Positions 39,799 through 51,868 of a DNA stretch of 56,499 bases are shown piece after piece. Location: contig NC_068993.1 in assembly GCF_001194135.2 (NCBI RefSeq), positions 3,444,938-3,501,436 of the forward strand, read 5' to 3'. Under the pieces are notes generated by a model. It saw nothing but the letters and a program-made list of their open reading frames with translations. It made no database searches and had not been told where the DNA came from. The stretch's first letter is position 1; each line of letters begins with the position of its first letter. This DNA comes from Octopus bimaculoides. Its lineage: Eukaryota. The position numbers and the translations under genes are program-made.

Positions 39799-40983
39799 CT
39801 ATTTGGATTACCTATTTGCATCTCCATTGAGTATAATTCTGATCGAATGAATTTGAGTTTATTGTCTCCGGACGGAAGGTGACAGGATTTATTACATCCG
39901 TAATGTTCTTTTTGATCCATTTTCATTACTATAAGAACTTGGATTGTTGCAGTGAACTGAAAAATTTGTTAAGATAAAATGACATTTTATTCTTTTATCA
40001 TCATGAGCACATCGCGGTGCCAACAATATAATTTCGATTAATTCACCTGTGTTCTAAGATGGGGGCAGAGCATGTATTTGACGTAAAGTTTACAATAAGA
40101 GCGTGAGCAATTGGATACAGCAGGATTTAAGAGCGTTTGCTGCTTCCTTGCTTCCCTCCATCGACGTTTTCTTTAATCCCTTCTTTACGGTTAGATTCCA
40201 AGAAGTCACATCCAGAGTGACGTTATCTTCCAGATCGGCTGACCAGAAGCTCTACATTCTATAATTGAAAACAGTCATTCTACTTTAAAATACTACAATC
40301 GAAATACATACGTAAGATGTTACTTGTGAACCAGGCATCACAATATCGAAGGCTGTTATCAGGACATATACATATGTTTCAAACATGTCTCACACATATG
40401 TTTTATACATGTTTCATATATTTTAGCTTCAATTTTGTGCGTGAATTTTTATTGTCCATTATATAAGTCCACGTTCTTTCGAACATGATTGTTCTCTCCT
40501 GCATTTGCATGCATCGTTCTTCCGCCATAATTGATCTTAGCTACGTAATTTCAATATTTCCATAAAGTACTAGGAAAGAAATCACAGGTTAAGCAATAGA
40601 AGCTTCGAGGAAAACAGAATAGTGAGAAAAATTGATAAGAATGCAGAAAGTTCTGTTAATAAATATGATTGAATTAGGTGTGATGTTTCATGGCACAAGA
40701 ATACTAATGAATAAATACAATAAAACGAAGAATATATAAAGGGAAAATAAGAAGATTAACACCTGCAAAGTGTTATTGTAGACAATATACAGATAGAGAA
40801 ACTATCTTTAGAGATTTCATACAACTATCTATTAGAAATTAAATCTGTAGTTCAAGCAACAGAAGAAAAGAGAAAATGAATAATGATGGACGATTTTCTA
40901 TTAGGAATCGTTCGTAAAGTAAAACGTTACAATTTGAAGGAATACAACTGAGATATATATATGTACAGATACGCTTAGAACTC

Positions 40984-41033
<50 letters not shown>

Positions 41034-41969
41034 NNNNNNNNNNNNNNNNNNNNNNNNNNNNNNNNNNNNNNNNNNNNNNNNNNNNNNNNNNNNNNNNNNN
41101 NNNNNNNNNNNNNNNNNNNNNNNNNNNNNNNNNNNNNNNNNNNNNNNNNNNNNNNNNNNNNNNNNNNNNNNNNNNNNNNNNNNNNNNNNNNNNNNNNNNN
41201 NNNNNNNNNNNNNNNNNNNNNNNNNNNNNNNNNNNNNNNNNNNNNNNNNNNNNNNNNNNNNNNNNNNNNNNNNNNNNNNNNNNNNNNNNNNNNNNNNNNN
41301 NNNNNNATATATATATATTAACGCACACACACACACATATATATATGTGCACAGTTACAAAGTTATAGGCATATGGACATACGCACAAAAACACCACCCA
41401 TAAAAAAACATGCACTCACGCACCCGCCCGTGCACAAACACACACACACACACGTCAGTCGTGTTCCCTCTTCGGATGTAAGTCATGAAATGCATCGATA
41501 CGTGCATAAAATATAAAAATGAATATCTAAAACAAACCCGATGTTAATATAAATTTTCATTTTTATGAGGGAGAAAAGAACCATGCAAAATACGTGTGTG
41601 CGTGTGTGTTTGTGTGTGTTGAGTGTGTGCGGATGTATGAATAGAATTATATGCTTTCTTTTTTATAAATTTGGCTCTCGGAAATCATCATCAAACCGTC
41701 TCACATACATGCAGAATATATTTTATATGTGTGCATGCGCATGTGTCTATACGCATTATTTTACGTCGCTTTGTGTCTGTCAAGAAAATATTTTTCCTAT
41801 GTATGTGCTGTATAAGGTTATGGTGGTCAACTTCTTCCTTTCTCCACTTTTGTAGCTGTGGTTCTGTAAAACTTGCGGAATTTTCCGAAATTATTCAGGG
41901 GTTTCGATTTAGTATTGGATTCTGAAACCTATTAGGCTTCATCGTTATAGAAATCATCTTAATGAACAC

Positions 41970-42106
41970 AAATTTCCCCAAGACACCTGATGAAGGCTGG
42001 AGGGTATATCAGCCGAAACGTTGTGTTAACAACAAACAAGATGAGGACAAATATTCGTCAAATGCAAATAATGTACATCATTCCTCATCTCTTAAATATA
42101 GAACTG
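41970..42106 (+). mobile_element. SINE family C 3' half
   Basis: AAATTTCCCCAAGACAC...GATGAGGACAAATAT...CTTAAATATAGAACTG matches copies at 10132 and 49602. Confidence 0.9.
41982..42027 (+). ncRNA. Minimal type I hammerhead ribozyme, intact, predicted cleavage after 42022 (GUU)
   Basis: GACAC CTGATGA A GGCTG GAGGGTATAT CAGCC GAAA CG T T GTGTT: 5-bp stem I, 5-bp stem II, loopless ACGU palindrome as stem III. Confidence 0.85.
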
Positions 42107-43404
42107 AATAGTTTATGACGCTGAATTATCTCGATAAAATCCAAAACACGTATTGCAGAGACATATTTGTACAAATATGTTATAATCATATGCACTTCTT
42201 TAAACTCGTCCATCAAGCGAATCGTACAGAAGTAATTGAATACGACTTGGAAGTAAAATAAAATGCTTCGAAGTATAATATCCCATGGAATATCCCGTCA
42301 GAATTTAAGAAACTGGAAGGAAACGTAGTCAATTGTGCGGAGTGGTCGAACTACAAACATCTTTGTAATGAAGGCCTATTTTCAAAACAGCTGCTCAGAG
42401 ATATTAGAGAGGGGCAAACACTTTCAAGAACACACAATGATCGGCTGGAAAACATTCCCTTCATCCCACTAGAGCGATATATTTCCAGAGATACCTGATT
42501 TTTCTTCCTTTTAGAAACTGTTTCCGTTTTCTTTTATCATCTGTCCTCTTCCGACATTCCCCTGTCTATCAATAACTCTCGTTATTTTTATATTTACTTT
42601 AAATTCCTACACACATCTATATCACTCTATCTATGATTCTCTACCATTTTCGCAGCATATTTTATATGCATATTCTCATTTTTCAGATGGATATGGTATA
42701 ATATGTTTCAGATCCAGTCATTTATGTTAAGGAAGTGAAAACTCTGTATTATTTCAAGGCCCTATGTCAATTCAACTGGAAAGAGATAAATGAGAATTTT
42801 ATCGAAAGTAATCGTCTATAAATCTATTCCATATCTCATGAGATAACGAAACTTAAAGACTGGCCTAAATGAAAACTTACACACATTAAATCAGTTAGAG
42901 GTATAACATGATGGAGGTCAGATATATAATCTAATTGCCGGCATCGGGTGAAGTTCTTCCTGGGTATCAGCCGGAAGTAGAAACACCAGAGAATATTCAC
43001 TAAATTCTATAACTTTTAGACATAACGAGCGTCTCAAATTAGTTGCCCCTGATAACTATGAGTATTATGCAGGTAGTTTTCCTTATATCTTAGCAAACCA
43101 AAAAGCTATCATTTTGATCTGCTCACAAATATGACCACGTAACTCAAACACATTAATTAGAATCTGTCTCTATGTGTTACAGATACGCTGGTATATACCA
43201 TATGTTATCTGAATGATCAGATATATAACATATGTTGTGAAAATACGAATAACAAATTATAAACCGTACAATATGTTTTCTACTTTGTTTTTTTTTTGTC
43301 ATTTGTAAACAATCTTGTATCTCTGTGTGTGTTTATATATGTGTATACACATATGCATTCATTATATATATAGATATATATATATTCGTGTTTATATACA
43401 TATA

Positions 43405-43440
<36 letters not shown>

Positions 43441-43481
43441 CATACACGTATGCTTAATAATGTGCTTACATACATGCATAC

Positions 43482-43516
<35 letters not shown>

Positions 43517-44160
43517 CACACACGCTTATATGCAAATATAAATGCGTTTATGTACACACATAATTTAGTCCGTATGTATGTATGTATGTATATATATATA
43601 TATATATACATACATAAACCTATACACACATATATATACATACACTCATGCAACTTCGTAAGCACTCAGACATACATATGCATACACAAACACAAAAGTA
43701 CATACAAAACCAATATATTAAATATATATTAACACACAATTAATAAAAATAGAAAACTAATTAGGAAAATAGATTAAGATCGTTCTATCTAGAGTAACTT
43801 TATATTAAGTTCATTTTATATTAATTAATTACTTTTTTGTAGAAAGTCATCATGTTTAATGAATTTATAAGAACTGAATAATTTATTCTATTGAAAAAAT
43901 AGTTTCAATTTTAACCAATGCATCTGAATATTATTATTTTTTTTTTTTTTGTATATTAACTATTCATTATTGCAATTGATAAAATTAGCACTGAAAGAGC
44001 AGAGGCTGAATCATCGATATTGATAATATTATCAGAATAATGATAACACCATCACCACCAACTACTACTACCAACACCACCTCATCTAATACTGCTATTA
44101 CTACTACTACCGCTGCTGTTGCTTGTGCTGCTGCTGCTACTACTACTACTAATAATAATA

Positions 44161-44335
44161 GTGTGAGAAAGTTGGGGCGAAAGTGTACAGCAGGGTTCGC
44201 CACCATCCCCTGCCGGAGCCTCGTGGAGCTTTAGGTGTTTTCATACAATAAACACTCACAACGCCCGGTCTGGGAATCGAAACCGCGATCCTATGACCGC
44301 GATGCCGCTGCCCTAAGTACTGGGCCATTGCGCCT
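44161..44335 (-). mobile_element. SINE family D 5' half
   Basis: RC: AGGCGCAATGGCCCAGTAC...GGTTTCGATTCCCAGACCGGGCG...GGGGATGGTGGCGAACCCTGCTG. Confidence 0.9.
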
Positions 44336-44367
44336 ACACACACACACACACACACACACATTGTATG

Positions 44368-44418
<51 letters not shown>

Positions 44419-46150
44419 GGCATGGCCACAGCTCATGACCTGTAACTAGATGAAATGAATGAAAAAAATGAAATACATGAATGTGTGTGTGTTAATCTGT
44501 AAGTTGAAATTATAAATCTAAGCTGCCCATTTACGATAGTTGAAAAAGAAAGACTATTCAGACGAATGAATGTGTTTAAACAAATTTAATAGATACATCT
44601 TAAAACTGAATTCATTGAATATGTAGTTGTATCTAATCTGTAAAATACCCATTAAATAAGGAAGATATATAAAGAAGTAATGTTATTCGCACAAGTTAGG
44701 GACATCTAATTTATGGTTTTTCTAAGAGTATAAACCTTTCTCTGAACAACAAGACTGGGATGATATCGATATGATTTCTTAAGAATGTGACAATTTCAAT
44801 ACAATTCAGCTCATGGTATGTAAACTCTGCTTCATTATTTTCTCAGACGTATTCCACTCAATATCCACATACTTTTCTCTAAGAACTTCCTATTTCTGCT
44901 GATAAAATCTCGCCTTTCTCTCGTCTTGAAATCCTTCTCTGCTAATATTCTCGAGCAGCAATTACGTTGCAGCGTTTACTGACGTACGTTACCTCCCTTG
45001 ATCCCAAATGTCTCACAGGCCAATGAAGGGCAAAGATACAACCCATTTATTGAGACAGATCGCAAACTATTCTCTGTTGAGTTCTGAAGTAGACAGCTAA
45101 ATCTGCCCTTACAACCATTTGAAATCATTAGGGAAAATATAGGCTCAATAATTATATTGAAAATCATAACTGCTACCGCAGACATGCACTTATCTACTTG
45201 TATTTTATCTTGCTTTCAGATTCACTAGAGTTTGACCGGGCAGAAGCCAAAATCAGTGTTTCTAGCTGAGGAGGCAACTAAGTATATTTTAATCAATTGG
45301 TAATTATTTTATTGAGCAGCAACTACAAATAAAACAGATGAATATTATTTTCTGACTCGGTATAATTTGATCTCGCAGCAATAAGCTACCAAACTGGATA
45401 AATTTAATTAGTTATTCTCCAGTAGGGAATAACAACACCTTCCCTCTGCACGCAAGATATAATACAGTTACTTACGGCTATGTTATTAATGATGGCACTG
45501 TTTAATGGGGCTAATTGTTTATTAGGACTAGGGTTGAGGAGAAATACATCAGGGAAGTATTCTGTATATTAAATAAAAACATGCTAGGGTGAACGGATCA
45601 TGTCCGTTGTTTTACAAATTGGCTTTAAGACAAGACCCACACCCAAACTTATTTTCTATATGTTTTACTAATTAATTTATTTTATTGGTGTTACCTCCCT
45701 AGGGTCTTTTAAACACACCTCGACCGATTATTTTGTCTATTAATTATGTGGATAATCTCTGTTAATTGTACATTTTCCGACTCATTATTGTAAATAAGTG
45801 AAATGCTACCGTCTTTGTTGAGGGTAACTTCTTCATAGAATCCAGATTCATTATCTTCCACATTAGGTGACTCACACTTTTAGATTATTAAATAAAACTA
45901 GGTGGCCATAGCTGTCGTCGTCTAGATTTAAGTGCGTCTGCGCGCGCGTTTGTGTGTGTGACTATGGGGGGTGCTAAACTGATGTAGATTGGAAGTCGAT
46001 GTCAGAGAGACTCTAGACCAGGATTTTACCATCTCAACCATTTATTTCTACTTGAAACAAGTACAACACGTACATCAAGGATCCTTACACACTCGCCCCA
46101 TCATGCTCTCTCTATCTCTGTTTATGTGTGTGTATATATATATATATATA

Positions 46151-46398
46151 GGTAATCTTCAAGTTTAGGGGTTAAAAGAGATAAATAAAAATATTCAAGG
46201 GAAGTAACTGAACGTCTTACCAGTATTCTCCGTACATCTGTTTATAAATAAATCACACACGTGATTTGATTGACGTTAGGGTTAGGATTAGGGTGTGATT
46301 TATTTATAAACAGCTAGAAGAAAACGGATAATACTGATAAGTCGTTCAGTTATTTCCCTTGAATATTTTTATTTTTTATCCCCTAAACTTGAAGATTA

Positions 46399-46400
<2 letters not shown>
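46151..46400. mobile_element. Foldback element or MITE with about 108-bp inverted arms, embedded in (TA)n
   Basis: Starts GGTAATCTTCAAGTTTAGGGG and ends CCCCTAAACTTGAAGATTACC; arms 46151-46258 and 46293-46400; spacer has TTAGGG-like units. Confidence 0.9.
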
Positions 46401-46459
<59 letters not shown>

Positions 46460-47206
46460 TTCAATATTAAGAGTTTTGTATTAGAAAACCAGGAATTTAT
46501 ACAAGGCTGTAAAAGAAGTGCTTTAAAACTAGTTGAGACATAGGTACAAAGTTAATTGCAGAATAAAACCGTTAGGTCACCGACTCGAAAAGCCGTAGCC
46601 CACCAATGACCACATATAAGAAATACAACATAGATCACAAAAACCAAATTAGTAAAGGGAGGTCAAAATGTTTATACANNNNNNNNNNNNNNNNNNNNNN
46701 NNNNNNNNNNNNNNNNNNNNNNNNNNNNNNNNNNNNNNNNNNNNNNNNNNNNNNNNNNNNNNNNNNNNNNNNNNNNNNNNNNNNNNNNNNNNNNNNNGAA
46801 TAATATAAATAAATAAATAAACAGCGATTAAAAATTGATTAAAAATATTAGAGACTGGTACAAATACAGTAGAATAAAAAAAAATATATATATAGAAAAA
46901 ATATAGAGAAAAAAATAATACATAGGGAGACGTAGCACAACAGTTCATTCGCTGAGGCCAATAAAAGAAGTTCAAGATAAATAGTACGAAAGTTCAACTA
47001 CCTCCCTCATGACAGCAAATTTCGTAGGTAAAATCCAATTTCAGAAACAGGAATACCGAAGCACACGGGACAGAACAACAACAGAACATCCAAAGTGTGG
47101 CAAAGTAAAATCCATATTTCACCATTCCGCAGGTAACATCAGTAAAGTCAAACCATAAACATCATTTACAGAGGATTACAAGTATAGGTGGAACACAAAC
47201 ACAGAA

Positions 47207-47288
47207 CACCTATGGCCATTTCGAGGGTATATCACCGTATTTAGGGCACAATAGAGCACAAATTGGTGATAACCCCTTCTTCAGGGTA
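47207..47288 (-). ncRNA. Type I hammerhead ribozyme with extended stem II, intact core (AUA site)
   Basis: RC: TACC CTGAAGA A GGGGT TATCACC [28 nt] GGTGATA T ACCCTC GAA ATGGCCAT A GGTG; perfect 8-nt stem III palindrome. Confidence 0.75.
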
Positions 47289-47519
47289 AAAAAAGACACA
47301 CTGACATCAACGAACCCACCATTTCTCTTTATTATAGGCACAAAGGCCTCATTTACAAAGGGGGACATTACAAGGACAGACAACACAAAACGTGGGGTAC
47401 ATAGATCGAATGGTGAGATGAAATGAGTAAATTACAATATGATGATGGAATGGCTTACAATCTTATACTTGTGCTGACTTTTAACAGTCTCTAATTTATG
47501 GACAAGTCAATCAGATTTG

Positions 47520-47688
47520 TGGGGGGGGGGGTTAAGTTAATTATATCGATCCGATTACTTTCATTTACTGACCCAAGAAGGATTACAATGCAAAGTTGAC
47601 ATCAGTGAGATTTGAACTGAGAGCAAACTGAGAACCAGGAGAAACTTCACAAGTGCTTCACGTTTTAACGATTTGCCTAACTCACCAC
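47520..47688 (-). mobile_element. Old SINE family A copy
   Basis: AATTATATCGATCC...GAAGGAT...GCAAAGTTGAC...GATTTGAACT...TAACGATTTGCCTAACTCACC. Confidence 0.6.
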
Positions 47689-48099
47689 GGGAACAAGAAG
47701 AGCAATAATATGTGATAGAAAAAAACACAAGTGTGCTAACTGTATGACAGTCGTTATATAATTTTGTCTAGTTTATTGGGTTCTTGTTAAAATTTCTCTT
47801 AATAAAACACTGGAATTGTGTCTTCTTCAATTAACTGAAAATTACAGATATTGGTAATTCTATTTGGACAAAAATATTAACCAGCAGCTCGGTATTATAA
47901 AAGTTTTTCGCAATTTGGAGGTTGTGCGAAAATGACGGCAGTGATGGTGGGAGGCATTACACAAAGATTTAAAAAATCTGGCAAAGAAACTAAGTCCAAA
48001 GAAAGAAAAAAACAAGGATAAATCTAAATTTAAAAAGAACAATAGTTGGGAGACAGCGGGGAATGGAGATGGGGGATGATACTACCAACTGTGAAATTC

Positions 48100-48752
48100 T
48101 AGCAATTATAGATGTCAGTAGAAATAGTGTTGGTGGTGGTTGTGGTAGTGGTGATGATACTGTTGGTGGTGGTAGTGGTAGAGGTGGTTGCTGTGAAATC
48201 TATTTGCAACGATAGTGATAAGGTAGACATAGTTGGTAGTGAATGTATCGATGGTGGTGGTCTGGTGGTAGTAGGAGGGCTCTATATTTGTAATAATGGG
48301 CGGTTGGTGCGATTGTTGGTAAGGTGGTAGTAATGGTGTTGGTTACGTAACTGCTGTTGATGATGGTGTTGGCGGTGTTCATAGTGGTGTGGTGGTGATG
48401 ATGGTAGTGGTGGTAGTGGTGGTGTGCGCAATTATATAAGTGTTCATGGTTGTAGTAATGGCAGTGGTTCCATTAATGCTGTTGGTGCTAGCATTTGTGG
48501 CAGTGACGTAGCTAGGAGGGGAACAGGGAGTACGATCGCTGCTGCTGCTCCACCCGACCACATTTCTGTGCCCTTGGCGCCTTTTATAAAATGTATAATC
48601 AGCAAAGAGTCAAAAATTGCTTGACGTGTGTCACGGTGCCATTTCTATATGTGGTCGATTCCCCTTACTTTAGAACCTGGCTATGCCCTTGATTGGTGGT
48701 AGTGGTGGTAGTGGTAGTAGTGGCGGTGGTGGTGGAAATTGTAGTGGTAGTG

Positions 48753-48787
<35 letters not shown>

Positions 48788-49050
48788 GGTGGTGGTGGCG
48801 GCGGTAGTAGTAGTGGTGGTTGTAGTAGTAGTAGTGGTGGTAGTAGTATTAGTGGTGGTGGCGGTAGGAGTAGTAGTAGTAGTGGTGGCGGTAGCAGTGG
48901 TGGTGATAGCAGTAGTGGTAGTAGTGGTGGTGGTGGTGGTGGTAGTAGCAGCCGTAGTAATGGTGTCATTGAAAGTGATGTCGGTGGTATTCTTGTTGCT
49001 GCTGATGTTATTGTTCTGGCTGTTGTTGTCGTTGTTCATGTCCTAGTTGA
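48100..49050. repeat. (GGT/AGT/GTT)n trinucleotide tracts
   Basis: Direct inspection; source of the poly-T, poly-V, poly-G/S and poly-P/L ORFs. Confidence 0.92.
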
Positions 49051-49071
49051 CGTTGATGTTAGTACGAATGA

Positions 49072-49257
49072 AAGGCGGTGATCTGAATCAAATGCTTAGC
49101 GGCGTTTCGTCCGTCTTTGTGTTCTGAGTTCAAATGCAGAGGAGGCTGACTTTGCCTTCCATCGTTTCGAAGGTTAATAAAATAAACACCACTTGAGCGC
49201 TGTAATCGCCTTACCTCCACCCACGAAATTACTGGCCTCGTGCTGATAATTTTAAAT
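49072..49257 (+). mobile_element. SINE family A copy
   Basis: AAGGCGGTGA...AATGCTTAGCGGCGTTTCGTCCG...GAGTTCAAAT...GACTTTGCCTTCCATC. Confidence 0.8.
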
Positions 49258-49601
49258 CATTCTTAACACAGATCCAACAGGTCTGTAAACAAAGACAATC
49301 CCAACTGTGGCCATTTTTGTCATTCTATATACGATTCACGTAGGACCACATTACTGTTCTCTTATGTAAGACTGTTGAGTAATATTTGAGGCTATAGGGC
49401 TACTATTTCTAAAATGTCATATAATTACGAAGGGACTTCCTCTGCAGATCGTAGGTGGTGGTAGGGCTCATGTTACTGTTGGTAGGGATGGTGGTATTGG
49501 TAGTGTTAGTGGTCGTTATGGTTCCAGTGATAGTCGTGACGTTTGTGTTGTTAATGTCATTTCGTATGTATATAACCTCTAAACCTCTGCGCCATATGCC
49601 C

Positions 49602-49875
49602 AGGCATATGGCATAGTGGTTAAGACCGCAGGCTACTAACCCCAAGATTCCAACTTTTATTACAAGCAGTGACCTGAACAAGAGCAACATCAACAACAAA
49701 AACGACGAAAAATACCTTAGAAATGAGAACCCAGACCGAAATTTCCCCAAGACACCTGATGAAGGCTGGAGGGTATATCAGCCGAAACATTGTGTTAGCA
49801 ACAAACAAGATGAGCACACATATCCGTCAAATGTAAATAATGTACATAATTCCTCATTTCTTAAATATAGAACTG
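49602..49875 (+). mobile_element. SINE family C, full length, hammerhead at 49751-49796 (stem III ACAT variant)
   Basis: GGCATATGGCATAGTGG head with degraded B box, (AAC)-like linker, GACAC CTGATGA A GGCTG GAGGGTATAT CAGCC GAAA CA TT GTGTT, tail to AATATAGAACTG. Confidence 0.9.
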
Positions 49876-49970
49876 AATTTGTCGTGATATTTGAATTTTC
49901 TTAATGTTAAATAAAATTTCATCAAACTATTTCTCTGTCACTTATGACTTTATATATATATATGTATATA

Positions 49971-50018
<48 letters not shown>

Positions 50019-50020
<2 letters not shown>

Positions 50021-50146
50021 CACGACAAGCTTCTTTCATTTTCTGCCTACCATACCCACTCACAAGATTACGGTTAGCCCGAGTTTACAGTGGAAGGTGT
50101 CACGCAGTGGCACTGAACTGGAACTACGTGACTGGTAAGCAAGCTT
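50019..50146 (-). mobile_element. SINE family B 5' part
   Basis: TATACACGACAAGCTTCTTTCA...CCACTCACAAG...GGTGTCACGCAGTGGCACTGAAC...GGTAAGCAAGCTT. Confidence 0.8.
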
Positions 50147-50313
50147 CCCATATATGAATATAAGCATGTGTAAATAGGTGTGTATGTGTGTATGCATATA
50201 TAAATGATTATGTGCTGCGTATGTAGAAATATGCGAGCATATATGAAGTGTATATATGAATAGTTATGGACTGCTTCTAGGTATGAATATGCATGTGTTA
50301 AATGTCTGTTTGA

Positions 50314-50382
<69 letters not shown>

Positions 50383-51347
50383 CAGAAAGATATGTACACA
50401 TACACATGAATGTGTCTATGTATATATATATAAATACATGCATACATTATATACGTGTGCATGTGTGATAGTGTGCACTTATATATGCATATGTGTACAC
50501 ATATGTGTATCAAAACTAAGTGATTAAGAAACAATAAATCTCCCATTAATTTGCAGTAATATTTTATAGCAGTATTAATCAGATAATATCATATTTATAA
50601 TCTCATTCAGAAATTATTTGCAGAACAGATATTTACAAGAAAAATTAAGTCGTGAAATTAGATTTAAATTCACAATTTAGAAAACTTATTATTTTCCTGC
50701 CTCTTACTTTTTTTTCTTAAATTTTGTCTTTATGCTTATGTTTATTTATTTATTGTAATTTCTTTTACATATTAAATAATGCGGGGAAATCTGCTTATGT
50801 CCTGAATGATAATGTAGCAATTGCTATCGCACCAGCAATAGTGTTTATAATGGCAGCAGCAGCAGTATTAGTAGAGGTAGCAGCAGCAGCAGTAGTAGTA
50901 TAACCCTTGATGATAGTAGTAGTAATAGCACTGCCTGTAGGTTGAGGAGGGGAGTGAAAAGGAGAGGAGGATTATGATTTTGTAGGTGAGCAGCTTCTGA
51001 GTATGGGAAGTGTATAAAGGTAGATGTTCAGCCCTTGAATATCTATCTATCTAGCTTTCTATCCATCTATCAGCCTGTCTATCTATCTGTCTGTCCATCT
51101 GTCTGCCTATTCGTCTGTCTATCACATATATAAACACACACACATATATATATCTATATTATAGACACATATTCACTAATTCGTATATGCCAAACCAGAC
51201 ACTTGTAGCCTGGTGCAGCTCTCTACCTGGGCAACTCTAATCAAACCATGCAACTCATACCAGCGTGGGAAATGGACATTAAATGACGATAACGATGATG
51301 AGATATGTGTATAGACATACACATATATACTAGATAAGGCCGGTTTA

Positions 51348-51410
51348 TAGGATTACTGTAGATTTCACATCCATAAAAGGTTTAGCTTTATGGTGTATCA
51401 TCAGACCCCA
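51348..51410 (-). ncRNA. Candidate type I hammerhead ribozyme with intact core
   Basis: RC: TGGGGT CTGATGA T ACACCATAAAG CTAAAC CTTTTATGGATGT GAAA TCTACAG T A ATCCTA: 6-bp stem I with wobbles, bulged stem II, imperfect stem III. Confidence 0.55.
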
Positions 51411-51570
51411 AAACCTGTTGGCCCAGGACCTCTCTAGCGCAATCAAATTTATGTTTTTACAGACAATATATATAATATATATATATATCCAAGTACAGAA
51501 TAAAAGTGATTTATTTACAAAGCTGTAACTGACAAATACATATATGTATGTATATGCGTATATGCATATG

Positions 51571-51637
<67 letters not shown>

Positions 51638-51640
51638 GTA

Positions 51641-51868
51641 CGAAGAGGTACCCAAAAGAAACTAGATTTTTGTAATGTTATTTCATTCACTTAGTTTTAC
51701 ATATCTATACACTTTTATCACCTTCAAAGTATTCTCCATTTGAAGCGATGCATTAGTCTAGATGCGTTTTCCACTGTCCAAATCAGTCCTTGAACTCTTG
51801 CGAAGTGATTGATGCTTTTTAATGCCGCCGTCGGTTTTATTCTTTGCCTCTTCCACATCTGCAAATTG
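51641..51868 (-). pseudogene. Mariner transposase C-terminal remnant (51705-51868) plus 3' TIR
   Basis: RC gives QFADVEEAKNK, a frameshift, then TAALKASITSQEFKD*FGQWKTHLD*CIASNGEYFEGDKSV*, the mariner C-terminal CxxxxGxYFE motif; TIR TA|CGAAGAGGTACCCAAAAGAAAC. Confidence 0.85.

Noticed and set aside
42259-42498. About 79-codon ATG-less open frame (ASKYNIPWNIPSEFKKLEG...)
   Set aside because: No splice sites framing it and no recognisable homology; several such frames are expected by chance
45220-45269. Good acceptor followed by DSLEFDRAEAKISVSS*
   Set aside because: Too short to evaluate and no linked upstream exon
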